A DNA stretch of 37,859 nt from Octopus bimaculoides. Lineage: Eukaryota. Below the pieces are notes generated by a model. That model had not been told where the DNA came from. It made no database searches and worked only from the letters and a program-made list of their open reading frames with translations. Below, piece after piece: positions 22,340-34,775 of the stretch. The position numbers and the translations under genes were made by a program. Each line of letters begins with the position of its first letter. Positions within the stretch are counted from its first letter, which is position 1. Location: contig NC_068981.1 in the NCBI RefSeq assembly GCF_001194135.2, positions 166,398,517-166,436,375 on the forward strand, read 5' to 3'.

Positions 22340-22791
22340 CGAGCAGCCTGTTCTGATATTTATTGAACTCCGTACATTAAAAGACTGTCTCGCGCACTTT
22401 GAACATACATGCATATACATAAACACACACACACAATGAAAGACAGCAAAAATTCAACATTGTAAAAAGCCCTAAAAACACTGAACAAAAACTTAGCGTC
22501 TCTTTTCATTTGTTGGGAGTAGCAAAGATGTGAAATATCGCAACATGCAAAGAGAAAACGAATGTAAATTACACTTACCTAATGATGAAAGAAAATTTTA
22601 AAGAATATAAAAGAAAATTATTTATACACACACACACACACACACACATCTTTCAATGTATGTGTGTGTTTATTTTTATGTGTGCATGTTCCAATGTGTG
22701 TGTGTGTGCGTGTGTGTGTGTGTGTGCGTGCGCGCGCGCGTCATTGTCTTTCAATGTACTGCGTTCAGTAAGTATCAGAACAGGCTGCTCG
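22340..22791. mobile_element. Foldback/MITE with long imperfect inverted arms
   Basis: CGAGCAGCCTGTTCTGATA (22340-22358) is the exact reverse complement of 22773-22791. Imperfect pairing continues inward to about 22444 and 22648. No TSD resolved. Confidence 0.75.
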
Positions 22792-22857
22792 TGTGAGAGA
22801 CCGGATAGAAGCTGTATCTATGGCTTACCATTTTTCGTCATTTTTACTGATTAAATA

Positions 22858-23421
22858 TCAGAGTTCTTTATAATTTCCACGATTATTAGATTCTTCAGAT
22901 TCAAAATGATCCTGAAATGATAAATCCTGACGACCTAAAAAAGTAACTACATCAATCAATCGTTGCAGAATGGATCTGTTTCGTCTAACTTCCTCATCAT
23001 GATGTTGTATGCTCTGTTTTTTACACGCATTTAATTGTAAGTGTATGCGAACATTCCCGAATGTTTTAAGATCTATCAAGGATCTTGTATGTCTTTGAGA
23101 ATATTCATGTTTTAGCATAGCCATATATTTAAATCATCATTACCTTTATCATTCCAAATAGTTTTTTCTAAACAAAACAACAATCATGGCCAGCAGAATA
23201 GCTTATTAAGCGTAGCACTACCAGTTAACCATTTTTTCTTTTCATACAAATTAACGTAAAATTGTCTCCTGAATTTCTTGCTGTAGCTTCGCAAATCGGG
23301 TAATTTCGGTCTTGGTCAAGTGCCATTTATAATTAATTGTTTCCCTTCAAAGTCTTTTTTTTTTTTTTTCTTTTGAAAAACTATTTTTCAAAATTTCTTC
23401 TATAACACACATTTCAGTCAT
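22858..23421 (-). pseudogene. hAT transposase 5' fragment (TTF-type zinc finger plus start of DUF4371 region)
   Basis: MTEMCVIEEILKNSFSK...KWLTGSATLNKLFCWP*LLF...IWNDKG...LKHEYSQRH...EEVRRNRSILQRLIDVVTFLGRQDLSFQDHFESEESNNRGNYKEL. Frameshifts and stops; catalytic core absent. Confidence 0.85.
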
Positions 23422-24192
23422 TTAGACAAATATTTCGAAAATCCTAGAGATCTTATGAAAGTAATAGTGTATGTGTGTGTGAATTGCAAATCAGTTTCAA
23501 CAAAACGGAAAGATGATTTTAGTAAATCGACAAAAGATTCATAAGCCATATATTTCTGATTTCAGAATTTTTAAAAATTTGTTCAATACAGAGATGGTTA
23601 ATGATAATAATTTCAAAACCTACGACAGAGCGAAATAGATATTCCAACGTCACAGCAACATTTGAGCTGACTAATTAAGAATTATGGGATTGTTGATATG
23701 TTTTGGTTAGAATGTTTACGGGTCAAAAAGTCAAACCTATTCAACCATTGAGCCTGTCGCGTTAGCAACATCAATTACAAAGAACTGTTGATAAAGAAGA
23801 ACTGATAGAAAGGGAGGGGAGAAGCCAAAGCTGTAATATTCTTTTTTCTCAAAGTATGCCTTCCGCAGTTATTTTATTGAGATAAAGAATCTTACAGACG
23901 TTGATTTTACAGATAGGCAGGAGAGAAATGGTAGTTATTGAAAGATAAGAAGGGATGACAAAAGATTTCATATGCGTTTTTCTTTAAGCATGCCTAAAGG
24001 AAGCAGAATAGAACGTAAATACAGCAAAGTATCGAATCTGGATAGGTTTCCTTTGAAACAAAGTAACTAGTTTATGCAGTGCATGACTTGCATGTCTTGA
24101 CTGCACGCCACTGTTGTATAGACTACCAACATGTTGTAATGAGATGAAAATAGTTTACTTAAAATTCAACAAAATTCGGATCTTTCTGATTT

Positions 24193-24540
24193 GGCGGACA
24201 CCATTTGTTTCCTAACGAAACACTTTCAAACTTGGGATACTGGTAGAATGTGTCATATAAAACATCTTTTACTCGCAGTGTTGTTGAGAAAAATTTCTAT
24301 TTTTAAAGTTATTTCGTGTTAAAGTTATCGTATTTCGGTAATTTCAACCAATCACTGACGTCTGCTGTGGTTTGTCAACAACACGTTTTGGCGGTGTAAT
24401 GGGATCTTTTCCCTTCAATGAAATTAGTGCCGTTATCGTTCGTGCATTTGTACTGGTTTTAGTTTTAGGTTAGGGTTATGAGTATTTTTGCCAAATTTGG
24501 TGAAAAATGTGTGGCGGTGTATTGAACAGATGGTCTATTT
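24193..24540. repeat. Unclassified dispersed repeat, probably a non-autonomous DNA transposon
   Basis: GGCGGACACCATTTGTTTCCTAACGAAACACTTTCAAAC...ACCAATCACTGACGTC...TAGGTTAGGGTTA recalled as a common octopus repeat. Only one copy here and ends not resolved. Confidence 0.4.
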
Positions 24541-24597
24541 CATATTTTATTTCAAATTACATGATATTGTTGGTATGTAAACTATTTGCCAAAAGTA

Positions 24598-25609
24598 CAG
24601 ACTGTCCTCATTTAACGACCACTTGGAGTTACGACGAACTTTACGAGCCATCATTACATATTTTACAAAATATGAAAACTTAAAAACTTTGACTGTCGTA
24701 TTGTGTGCTGTACGAGAACTGCCGTCGTGATGGTAGCACATCCCGAGCACCCAGCCTCACCCTTCGACACGCTCACTCTCTCACTCTCCTGCCCGTGGTC
24801 AGCCAGGCAACATAGTGACGCTCTCTGTACCTATATTACTATTTCGTCTCTTTTTTCCATTATCTCTTGCACCCCATACTACAAAATGCCTCCATAGAAG
24901 AAGAATACATCTTTACCTGCAGCAGGAAGCGCCAAGAAACAACGGAGAGCTATTGACCTTGACACGAAATGAAGATCATTACAGACTATGAAGGCGGGGA
25001 AAAAGGTGAGAGCTATCGGAGACGATACGGGCCTGGCACATTCTACCATCTCTACTATTTTGAAGGATAAAGTTAAAGTGAAGGAGGCAGCCAGAAGTTC
25101 GACAGGCTTTAAAGCATGCATCACATGACATCAGAAAGGTCTCATTCACTGACGGGATTTTTCATGCATTTTGATGTCAAGAATGAGTTGCTTTTGTAAT
25201 CTTTATCCAAAGTAAAACAAAGTTATTATGTTTAAGTTTCCTTTAAACCTTTTCACCTTTTCTATATAATCCTGAGAAAAGTTTATTAGGCATCTTATGT
25301 ACTGGGCCTGGAATCACAAACATACTTACGATGTCTGAGCTACAATAATACAATATCCATATCCTAACTTTTAAGGTTTTCCTTGTGATAATCTTACTGT
25401 TACTTATTCATTTTTCAACAATTTATGTTAGTGATTCTTGCCCTGTACCGCATATACTTTATACAGTACGGTATTCTATTTTTATATGTATGTACAGTAC
25501 ACTATACCTATAAAAAAAATACGTACCCTATGAATATTCGTTTAACGACGAATTTGCTTAACAACGGGGATGTTGGAACGTAACTCGGTCATTAAATGAG
25601 GACAGTCTG
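24598..25609 (+). mobile_element. Internally deleted Tigger/pogo element (1012 bp) retaining an HTH remnant
   Basis: TIR CAGACTGTCCTCATTTAAYGACC at both ends, TA TSD at 24596-97 and 25610-11. 24886-25150 encodes MPP*KK...KKQRRAIDLDTK / MKII.DYEGGKK...GLAHSTISTILKDK with stops and a frameshift. Confidence 0.92.
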
Positions 25610-26009
25610 TAGTAATAAATGACTAACTTCTTTTCAATTGTCATTGTTAGTCTTAAGTTGTTTTACTTTTTTCTGTAATAGTAATATGAACGCACTTACA
25701 TCATTTTTTTTTTTTTTTTAATTAGCTTTTTTTTATAGTTTTCCATTCACTATTTTAAAGAGAAAATATGACTGTTGCTCAAGTAAACATTTTCAACATG
25801 TTGCATTTAGGATGTCTAAATCAAATAAGGGAATCTTTAGTGAGCAATGTTTAATATTAGTTTTAAGATATTTACTTTTATTGAATTATATGTGTTTGTA
25901 ACTTGATGTGCACTATTATTTTTATGATTACTAAGTCAAAAGAAAATGGAAAGAATTTCATAACAGGTCCATATTAACAGTTTAGTAAAATTATTTATGA
26001 AATTGCAGG

Positions 26010-26410
26010 CCATCATTATCTATGGTCATGGATGTTAGGTAATGACCACAAAAGTATAGTCATGAATACAAGCAGCCTAAATGAGGTCTTTCTGAAGGGT
26101 CTCTGGAGTAACATTACTTGACAGGGTGCATAGTTCAAAGATTAGGTCAAGCTACTAATCTGCATTGAGAGGTCACTGTTCTGGTATTATAGACAAGTGA
26201 TTAAAATGTTGCAGGAAAGAATTGTAATACGGATCCTTTAAGCCAAAGCAACTGGTTGGAGATCTAGGAGTAGACCAAAAATTAAATGATTGGATAATAT
26301 CCATAGTCTCAGTTGGTTACACTTGGGAATCCAGCAGGAAAGTGTAATGACAGTTGCTTCTAATAGGTAGAGGTGGTGCCTGAGGACTCTATCCCTCTCA
26401 GGAATAGTGG
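26010..26410 (+). mobile_element. Decayed RTE-clade LINE RT C-terminus (older subfamily)
   Basis: IYGHGC*VMTTKV*S*IQAA*MRSF*RVSGVTLLDRVHSSKIR...RSRPK...LDNIHSLSWLHLGI...ASNR matches YGxExWxMT...QAAEMRFLRRIxGxTLxDRVRSxxIR...GRP. Confidence 0.85.
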
Positions 26411-26624
26411 GTAGAGAAAATGAATAGATGGATGGTTATATGCTTAAATTCTAGTCCATTCATTGTTCAATTATAAAAAGCCACTGTCTAGCTCCCATGT
26501 TTTCTTTGCAACTTTTTTAGTTTTAGCTCACTTTTCTCTCCTAAAACTGCTTGTGATAATAAGTTAAGACTATTCTTTTCTTTGCTGGATCTGAAGAAAG
26601 GGGCAGAAACCATTGCCTTTGCAG

Positions 26625-26734
26625 ACCAGTGAAATTGATGCCATTAATGTTCCTCTGAAACTTTTAAGTCAACATTTGTGGGGAAGACATGCCCAAGGAG
26701 AAAATTCCAGAAGACCCAGCTTCTGAGAAAGAAG
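26625..26734 (+). other. Candidate exon with 5'UTR and start codon (ATG 26689; MPKEKIPEDPASEKE, phase 1)
   Basis: Acceptor CATTGCCTTTGCAG, perfect donor AAG|GTAAGT at 26735, in-frame stops upstream of the ATG, purine at -3. Protein not recognised. Confidence 0.3.
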
Positions 26735-29700
26735 GTAAGTATAGTGATAGTATGTGGTTTGATGGTGAGGTTGGACATATCTAGGCAAATGGTATGAGAA
26801 TGCCTTATAGGGGTGACTTGAGTCCAGCTAGCTCTAAGGAGAAGAGGTCCTTCTATTAGCAGTAGAAAAGCCAGAAGCAATATACATTATGTTTATGGAC
26901 CAGAGACAAGCATATCTGTAAGTGACTTAGTGTAATTCAGTTATGGGGTCCTTTTCTGGATGCACTCTAAGTTTTGTGTGTGTGTGTATGTAGCAACATT
27001 GTCTCAGATATGAAAGCAATACTCCATTGTGGACTCACCTAAGCTTTTATAGACACAAGTATGTATCTGAAATATACACAAGTATGTATCTGTATTGAAA
27101 CTCATTTACGTAATGACATGACACTTATGTTCATGCAATAATTACATTATCAGTAAAGCTCATGTTTGAATGAATAAATTTACTTACACTGATTCTCAAG
27201 TAATTATAATGTATCATTCTGAATTAAATCAGAAGGATACTTAAGAAAATTAAAATTAAGCCTACTCTACAAAGTAGCATAGTTATATAACTTTAGTTAG
27301 TTTCCCTTTGTTTCAGCATGTCTGTAGATTCTGGTAGTGGTCACAACAGGCAAACAACAAGAGACGTTACCAATGACAAATGTTGTAATTGTTCATACAC
27401 AAGCTCAAACAGATCTATAATAATAGATGTTACAGTAGTTCTTTTTTTTCTTTAAGAGGGTATATGATGTTAAAGAAACTTAGCTGCTTTTTCTAGCAAA
27501 TTGTAGTAGAGAACACTTGAATAACCCTTTTGAGACATGGTGTTTTGGAATGTGTAGCCAAAAAAACCAAAATTTTTTGCTATTGAGATACATCTACAGA
27601 AAGACAATCACTGATCAGCTATTACACTTCAAGACCAACCATTCACAACATTTGTTCCATCGGGCAAACAGATTGGCCTCAAAGTCTTTTTAACTTGTAA
27701 CACTTGGGCCAGTCAATCAGCCTGGGTGTCCCAAGAGGGTTAAAGTACTGTACAGTGGCATCAAACCCAGAATTATAGTTTCAAAGTAAACTTCTTAACC
27801 ATACAGCCATACCTGCATCTAAGTATATATAGATAAATACCAAGTTAGTCGATTAGAAGGAATTCAAAATGAGTCTGTGAGTAAAGTTTGGCAGAATAAA
27901 GTTATAAGAAAAACAAAATTAAACATCAATAGTTTGTCAAAATCTTATTTATATAATCTCAGCTGCAATAGAAAGGCAGTGAAAGTTACCATCTTAATAC
28001 ACAGCCATAGAAATCATACCTTGATAGACAATTGGAGTCTGGCCAGCTTCATGTCAAACTGTCCAACCTATGCCAGCATAGAAAACGGACATTAAACGAT
28101 GATATCCACTTCTACACTTTGGTAACTGAAATAATGGGTCTTATTCTGCCTAAATTACACATAGATTTCCTTATCACCCTTGTCACCAGAAATGAAGTGA
28201 GCCAGTAATTCTTTCTGGAAACCTTTAATGACATTATTTACAAAACAACCCCAACTCCCAAGATTGATTGCATTAAACTCTCCAGTCTAAGAGGTACTCT
28301 CTAAAAAGGTCATGTAGAAACGCTTGTTTTTCTTGGCTGCATAAAAATATATTTAAAGAAAACTTTTCCCTGATATATGATTTCTTTTGTTATCACTGTA
28401 ACTTTTTTCTATTTCTCATAAAAGCATGTTTGCAGATTTTGCCTCCATTTTTCTTTCTTTTTTTCATGTAAGGGAAAGACGTATTTAAAGTGAAATTTTT
28501 TTTCTCAAGAGACTTAAATTCTAAATTCTATTGTATAAAGATTACATTTTATTTAACATTTCAATATTTATAAACCAGCTGTTTCTACATATTTGAACTT
28601 CATCAGTATAGAACACCAGATCGTCAATTCATTGTTATTTACATGGAACAATTTCTATACCATTGGAATTTTTGCCTAACACAGACTGCAAATATATTCA
28701 GCATGAACAAAGAAACAGAACTAGTAGTCTGATTGCATATACATTTAAGCAAACACTATAGTGTATTTCTGGTCATTAATGCATGAATTAGAGGAAAGAC
28801 AGGATTCTTCAGATTACAATTCTTTGAAAGAATGGAGGCCTATAATGTTGTCTGCTTTTACCAACACTATACTTATGCACTAAGTGTATCAGTAGTGAAA
28901 TTAACTGCACTTTGAATTTTACATTCCCATATCAATGTAAATTGCAGAAAATGACTACTTATTTGACAAAATTAACTCAACTGCTGCTCACATTTTCTAA
29001 CTACAGCTAGAATTTTGATGATTTACAACTCCTACACGGTTAACATGTAATACTAAATCGTAACTAGATTATTTGGTCAATTATCCAATTGTTACTACAG
29101 TTTTCTGGTAACAGCTGTTGTGTATTGATCAAAGATGTTAACAGCAAAAACTGCAAAGATAAGAAAGTGACTTTGCATTTAACAGTCAAGTGAACTCTTA
29201 ACAGGAGAAAACAAAAATGTTATTTAAATTCCAGTCAGTCCTGATGAAGCAGACCTTATAATCAGACATTTTAACTGTGACCATCAGATAATTTTCTGAC
29301 AGTATATCTAAAACTATTTCATCCAACCTGTTCAATCTTTCTTTTTCTTTGTAAGATGATAGAGTAGATTTGAGTTGATATATAACTGATATTTCATGTA
29401 GATTGAGTGACTATGAAGAGATTATTTCATTGGCTTGAATGAAAAGATCTGCCTACCTCACTCTCTCTATATTTTATAGATACATTTACACACACACTCA
29501 CACAGCTAAATATTAAATCTATATAGACATATATGGGGAGGACAGTATTGAAGTGCAGAATTTTTTTCAACAGAATCATGAGTTTAAACCTTGCTATATC
29601 CTTAAGAGTGTTGTGTTAAACTGTGGCACTACCTTCAAAGCTGTTTTAGTTGATTATATCAACCCTAGTACATTGTCAAAGTACTTATTTTATCAACCTT

Positions 29701-31549
29701 ACATGAGGAAAAAGTTAGTTGATATGAAGCAATGGGATGTAACTGCAGCAAAACTAAAACCATCGGTACATTTGTTTGGTGCATTGGTTCTTCTAATCTA
29801 GTCAGATCTTTCATAATATATATTTATTAAAATATATTATTAACAGGATTTGTTTTGATAACTGTTGTACAATTGTTTCCAAAATTGATATTTAAAAAAT
29901 AAATACCTATCATTTCCTCAGTAACTGAAATCTAAATATTTAAAATGAGTAAAAATGTAATGTTCTTTGTTACAAGTTGAAGAACACCAACAATACTGTT
30001 TTATTTATATATATATATTAGCAGAGCCAATACTCTGCATATCACAGTAACAAGCTACTGGATCAGCCAAAATAAACTGTTACACTGTACAATATAGTAT
30101 TAAGTACTTTTTCATTTATTTATGAATACCAACATTGTGTGTGTGTATGTGCCTGCATGCATATGTATGTGTATGTGTGTGCATGTATATGTGTTTGTAT
30201 ATACATACACACACACACACACACACACATATACAAGCACACCTACATGGTAGCTGCCAACTCATATATCAGTGTAGCCATCACTGACAAATCAATGTCT
30301 ACACTAAATTTTAGGTCTAATAAGGCTTACGCAACACCACATAGACCCTCTCCACCTTGATCTAAAGACAAGCTAAGGCAAGATATCTAGTGTCAATATG
30401 ATTTGCAGGCTCAAGAACATGGGAGTGCCATGATCTTCAGCATCAGCAAAAGATCCCCAAAATGACTAATACCATTCCTTGCACACTGATTTATATCAGT
30501 GACTTTCTCCTAGAGACATGCTTTAACAAAAGCTGAAGGATGCCTCACACCCAGTGGTTTTCCAGCATGCTGGATACCAATCCAGAATTTCTTGAGTGCT
30601 TATGCTATTACCAGATAGCTGTTGGACCAACATTGGGTTCATCCATCCTCTTGACAGGCCTTTTTTTTTTATATCCTGCTTGGTTTTTAACAACCTTCCT
30701 CACCAGGTTGGCCTGGTGGGGGTGCCAGATTAGTTGCTCATGATCACAAAGACACCTCTTTGTGATCACTAAACCACCAAGAAACAGCAGTCAAATCTCT
30801 TCAAATCATAACCAATGCCATCTTAAAGCATTGACACACTGGGCAGTTGCTTAGGGGCCTTATGGATCTATGTATGTTTTGACTTGCTGTAAAGAAGTAT
30901 ATACTCTAAGAGTCCAGTGCACTGATTTACCCTGGGGCCTATAATATTGTTAAGATGGCTCTGATCATAGCCTGTCATCTTAAAGAAAGAACATTTGAAT
31001 GATGTTGTCATGAATATACAAAACAATGGGATAGTCAAGGCTGGAAGTCATTTGATCATAGGTCTGCTCAATCAAGGTTGACTTAGGTTTTATTCAACCT
31101 GACAAACACTTCTATAGCAATCAACAATGAAGAAACTTGTATGTACTTACTTGAATTTCTAGAAATAACATTCAAATCTGCTTCAAATCACACTTGACAA
31201 TCTTTAAGACAAGGAGGGGTATGCTGGATGATGTGGTCCTAGATCCACTGTTTCAAAAAAAAAAAAAATAGATGGGAATGGTCATGGCTGACTTGTGGCT
31301 AAACTATCATCTAAATATTTTGTATCTGCTAAGTAATGAACTGAATTTCTTGACTTCATATTTTGTCGTTTTTCAAGCTTAACCTACTTATAACAATATG
31401 ATGGTACATGACCACTTAACAGCAACAAGTTTAAACTCTTTACTTTAAATCATTAGTGATCATTCAAATGAGGCATTTATAGCAGGGAGGTTTCAAGAAA
31501 CCAATCAGTATAATAGCTTGGGCCCAAATATATTGGTTAGTAGATTTAA

Positions 31550-31760
31550 CCCTTTAGCATTTAAATCAGCCATATCCAGCCAAAGTATTTTACCTGTTTT
31601 ATATTCAAACCAACTAGATTTGGCATCTTGCACCTACCCTACAATGTCATTCTAAAAGTTAACAATTATAATATCAAAGTTATATGATTATGTATGATTA
31701 ATTTCAGAGCAATGAATAAATAAGCTTTACATTTGACAGAATAATCTGAATGCTTAAGGG
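31550..31760. mobile_element. piggyBac-type MITE (211 bp)
   Basis: TTAA|CCCTTTAGCATT...AATGCTTAAGGG|TTAA, TSD at 31546-49 and 31761-64. Confidence 0.88.
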
Positions 31761-31974
31761 TTAATTTATCATTTGGTTTAACACCACCACTTGACTCTGG
31801 GTATCTTTAGCTGAGCCTACTCTGTTGCAAGCATTCAGACCAGGTCTCCCATTTGAGGATGCCTTCTTTCTCTCTCTCTTGTCCTAGGGCTCTGTAAAAG
31901 AGTCATGGGCACCGCAGGCAAGTGAGAACATAATCTGTGATCTCTGCTAGAAGTGTAGCCAGCTCACTAATCTG

Positions 31975-32625
31975 TATCTTTACTTCATTGGACACTAAAA
32001 ACTGTGCTTGCGAAGACCTGTTGAGGCAAGTGAATTTGAAATCTGAAATCAAAATCGAACCGAATCCGACGACTGGCACTCATGCCAACCTCTCCTTCAT
32101 TGGACAAAAAACTCTGCTTGCGAAGACCTGTTGGGGCAAGTGAAATTGTAATTGAACCATAGTCGATGACTGCTCACCATGCCAGTGGAGCACTAACAGC
32201 ACTGTTGAGCGTATTCATTGCCAAAGCAGCTGTCTGGCTTCTGTGCTAGTGGCCCGTAAATAGCACCATTAGAGCGTAATCGTTACCAGCGTTGCCTTCT
32301 AGCACTTGTGCTGGTGGCACGTTAGAAAATTATTCAAGTGAGGTCGTTGCCAGTGCCGCCTGACTGGTTCCCGTGCAGGTGGCATGTAAAAAACACCTTT
32401 TTGAGCGTGGCCGTTGCCAGTACCGTGTGACTGGCCCTCATGCCGGTGGCACATAAAAGTACCCACTACACTCTCGGAGTGGTTGGCGTTAGGAAGGGTA
32501 TCCAGCTGTAGAAACTCTGCCAGATCAGATTGGGGCCTGGTGCACCCTTCTGGCTTGCCAGTCCTCAGTCAAATCGTCCAACCCATGCTAGCATGGAAAG
32601 CAGACGTTAAACGATGATGATGATT
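31975..32625 (+). mobile_element. RTE LINE long 3'UTR with internal tandem subrepeats and (ATG)n tail
   Basis: The 3' ~200 nt are the reverse complement of 1299-1500 and 9655-9851. Upstream part has two ~110-bp units and about four ~65-bp units. Confidence 0.88.
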
Positions 32626-32799
32626 TACCTGACAAAAAAATGATCCTCATTTTGAAAATGTCTAGAAACATCTGATTGGAAGTGACTCAGTTTGAAAACG
32701 AGAAATTCATGAAAAGTCAACATGTTATTATATACCTTACATGAATAAAAATAAATATTTATTACCAGTGTAATACCAAGGGGTTATTATAGGCTGGCA

Positions 32800-33000
32800 G
32801 AGTTGATAGTGTTGGAGAGAATACTTAGTGGTATTTTGTTGCACCAGTTTGTGTTCTGAGTTCAGATCTTGCAGAAGTCAATTTTGCCTTCCATCCTTTT
32901 GGGGTTGACAAAAATAAAGTACTGATCAAGTATTGACTTGATGGCATTGACTAACAATCTCCCCTTAAAATTATTGGCCTTGTGTCTAAATTAGAAAATT
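32800..33000 (+). mobile_element. SINE family C copy (diverged)
   Basis: GTTCTGAGTTCAGATCTTGCAGAAGTCAATTTTGCCTTCCATCCTTTTGGGGTTGACAAAAATAAAGTAC...CCCCTTAAAATTATTGGCCTTGTG, homologous to 9340-9490. Confidence 0.7.
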
Positions 33001-34057
33001 ATTTCACCAATAGGTATGATCTTTGACATCGGCACAAGACCACACATATTGGGGAAAGTGAACAGTTGACTAAGTGTAACCCTACTTCTTGGCTGGTACA
33101 TATCATTCTCAGAAGGATGTAAGGCAAAGCAGACCATGGCAGGATTTCAACTTGACTCACAAACAGCCGGAATGAATACTGCAAAGCCATCTAACATGAA
33201 TGATAATGATTTCAAACTTTGATGCAAACCTACAGTACCAGTGATAAGATGAACTCTCAACTCCTCAGACAAACAACTGATACCTTATCTTACAAATCGT
33301 GATCATACCATTTTAACATCTGTTTTTGTATCATTTATTGAAAAAGTTTATATATATCTTCTCCAAAATGAGTCACTATCCTGTGTCATCTCAACAGGGA
33401 AACTTAATATTCTCAGGTCTAATCTAATTGCTCCTTTTGCAAAACCATCCTTTTTCTTTTTTAATTGTATGCATTTGTGAGTAGTAGCATTTTACATAAC
33501 ATCTTCATACCAATGTCGTTATATCGTGACTGCTCATAATTTATTAGTCTTCTATTTTCAGCTGTTTTCTTCATAAATGTGTTTATGAGAAGCCAGCATT
33601 AAAGCAACTTTTAGATGGCTATTGGCTATGTAGATTGGCTGTCCTTAATACATATTACATAATGTTGTATAGTAAAGTTTGATGACAACAGAAGAGCTCA
33701 GTATTCAGCACATGTTCAAGATTATGTTTCATTATGCTACTGTGAGTTAATCAATAATCTCTAGATATTTTCCACAAAACTATTGATTATAATGATGATG
33801 ATAGTCATGAAATATTAATAATTTGGTAGATTTCTGTAAATAATATTTTGCTTTCTTTGTTTGTTTCCTTTAGTGACATAGTATCTATCATCATCATCAT
33901 TGTTTTAATAATCACTCTTCCATGCAGACATAGGCTGAATGATAGAAAATCATCATTCACCTCAATCTGTGTTATGTCACTTGTAAGGCTCTAACCTCTT
34001 GAGATCAGTCTTCAATGCCTCCCTCTGTGCTTTCCTCTATCATGATGTTGAATATAA

Positions 34058-34417
34058 CTCTCTTTTACTCTTTTACTTGTTTCAGTCATTTGACTGTGGC
34101 CATGCTGGAGCACCACCTTTAGTCGAGCAAATCGACCCCAGAACTTATTCTTTGGAAGCCTAGTACTTATTCTATCAGTTGTCAAGCGATGTTGGGGGGA
34201 CAAACACAGACACACAAACATATACACACACATACACATATATGTACATATATACGACAGGCTTCTTTCAGTTTCCGTCTACTAAATCCACTCACAAGGC
34301 TTTGGTCGGCCCAAGGCTATAGTAGAAGACACTTGCCCAAGGTGCCACGCAGTGGAACTGAACCCGGAACCATGTGGTTCATAAGCAAGCTACTTACCAC
34401 ACAGCCACTCCTACGCC
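34058..34417 (-). mobile_element. SINE A with internal ~51-bp deletion; probable TATAA TSD
   Basis: Tail at 34058, head ends at 34417. TATAA at 34053-57 and 34418-22. Lacks the segment between the two ATCGGT sites seen at 2417 and 2468 in another copy. Confidence 0.88.
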
Positions 34418-34662
34418 TATAAGTGAAAGAAAATATTAATTTCTGAATTTAAAACTTATAATGGGCAAAAAGGATTCTTTAGTCTTGACAGAATACCTCT
34501 CTAGTACCAGTGACATGATAAAAAGCACCCAGTCTCCACTGAAAAGCAGTTGGTGGAAGGAAGAGCATTCAGCTGTAAATACTATCGCTAGAAAAGTAAA
34601 AGATATCTAACTATGGAGATTAGCAGTTTCCTCTGCTATTGTATATCTAACTATAAAGATTA

Positions 34663-34775
34663 TAGTCAATCCAAACATGAACAAGCAAGAAAAAACACGA
34701 AAAAACAATGTGAGGGCGTGGAATAAGTACAGTGTTATTGGTCGCTCAGGAAAGGAAAGAAAAGAAAGAGGATAG
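34663..34775. mobile_element. 113-bp insertion flanked by a 20-bp direct repeat; resembles a retroelement end (possibly Penelope-like)
   Basis: ATATCTAACTATAAAGATTA at 34643-34662 and 34776-34795. Family assignment is from memory only. Confidence 0.5.

Noticed and set aside
29240-29290. CTGATGA as a possible hammerhead ribozyme core (also 1194, 2171, 2918)
   Set aside because: No GAAA and helix II geometry downstream.
32200-32470. Regularly spaced repeats suggestive of a CRISPR array
   Set aside because: Eukaryotic context, degenerate tandem units with no unique spacers, and part of an RTE 3'UTR.
32630-32736. Minus candidate exon VYNNMLTFHEFLVFKLSHFQ...
   Set aside because: Acceptor is a rare AAG, the donor abuts an RTE tail, and no partner exon was found.
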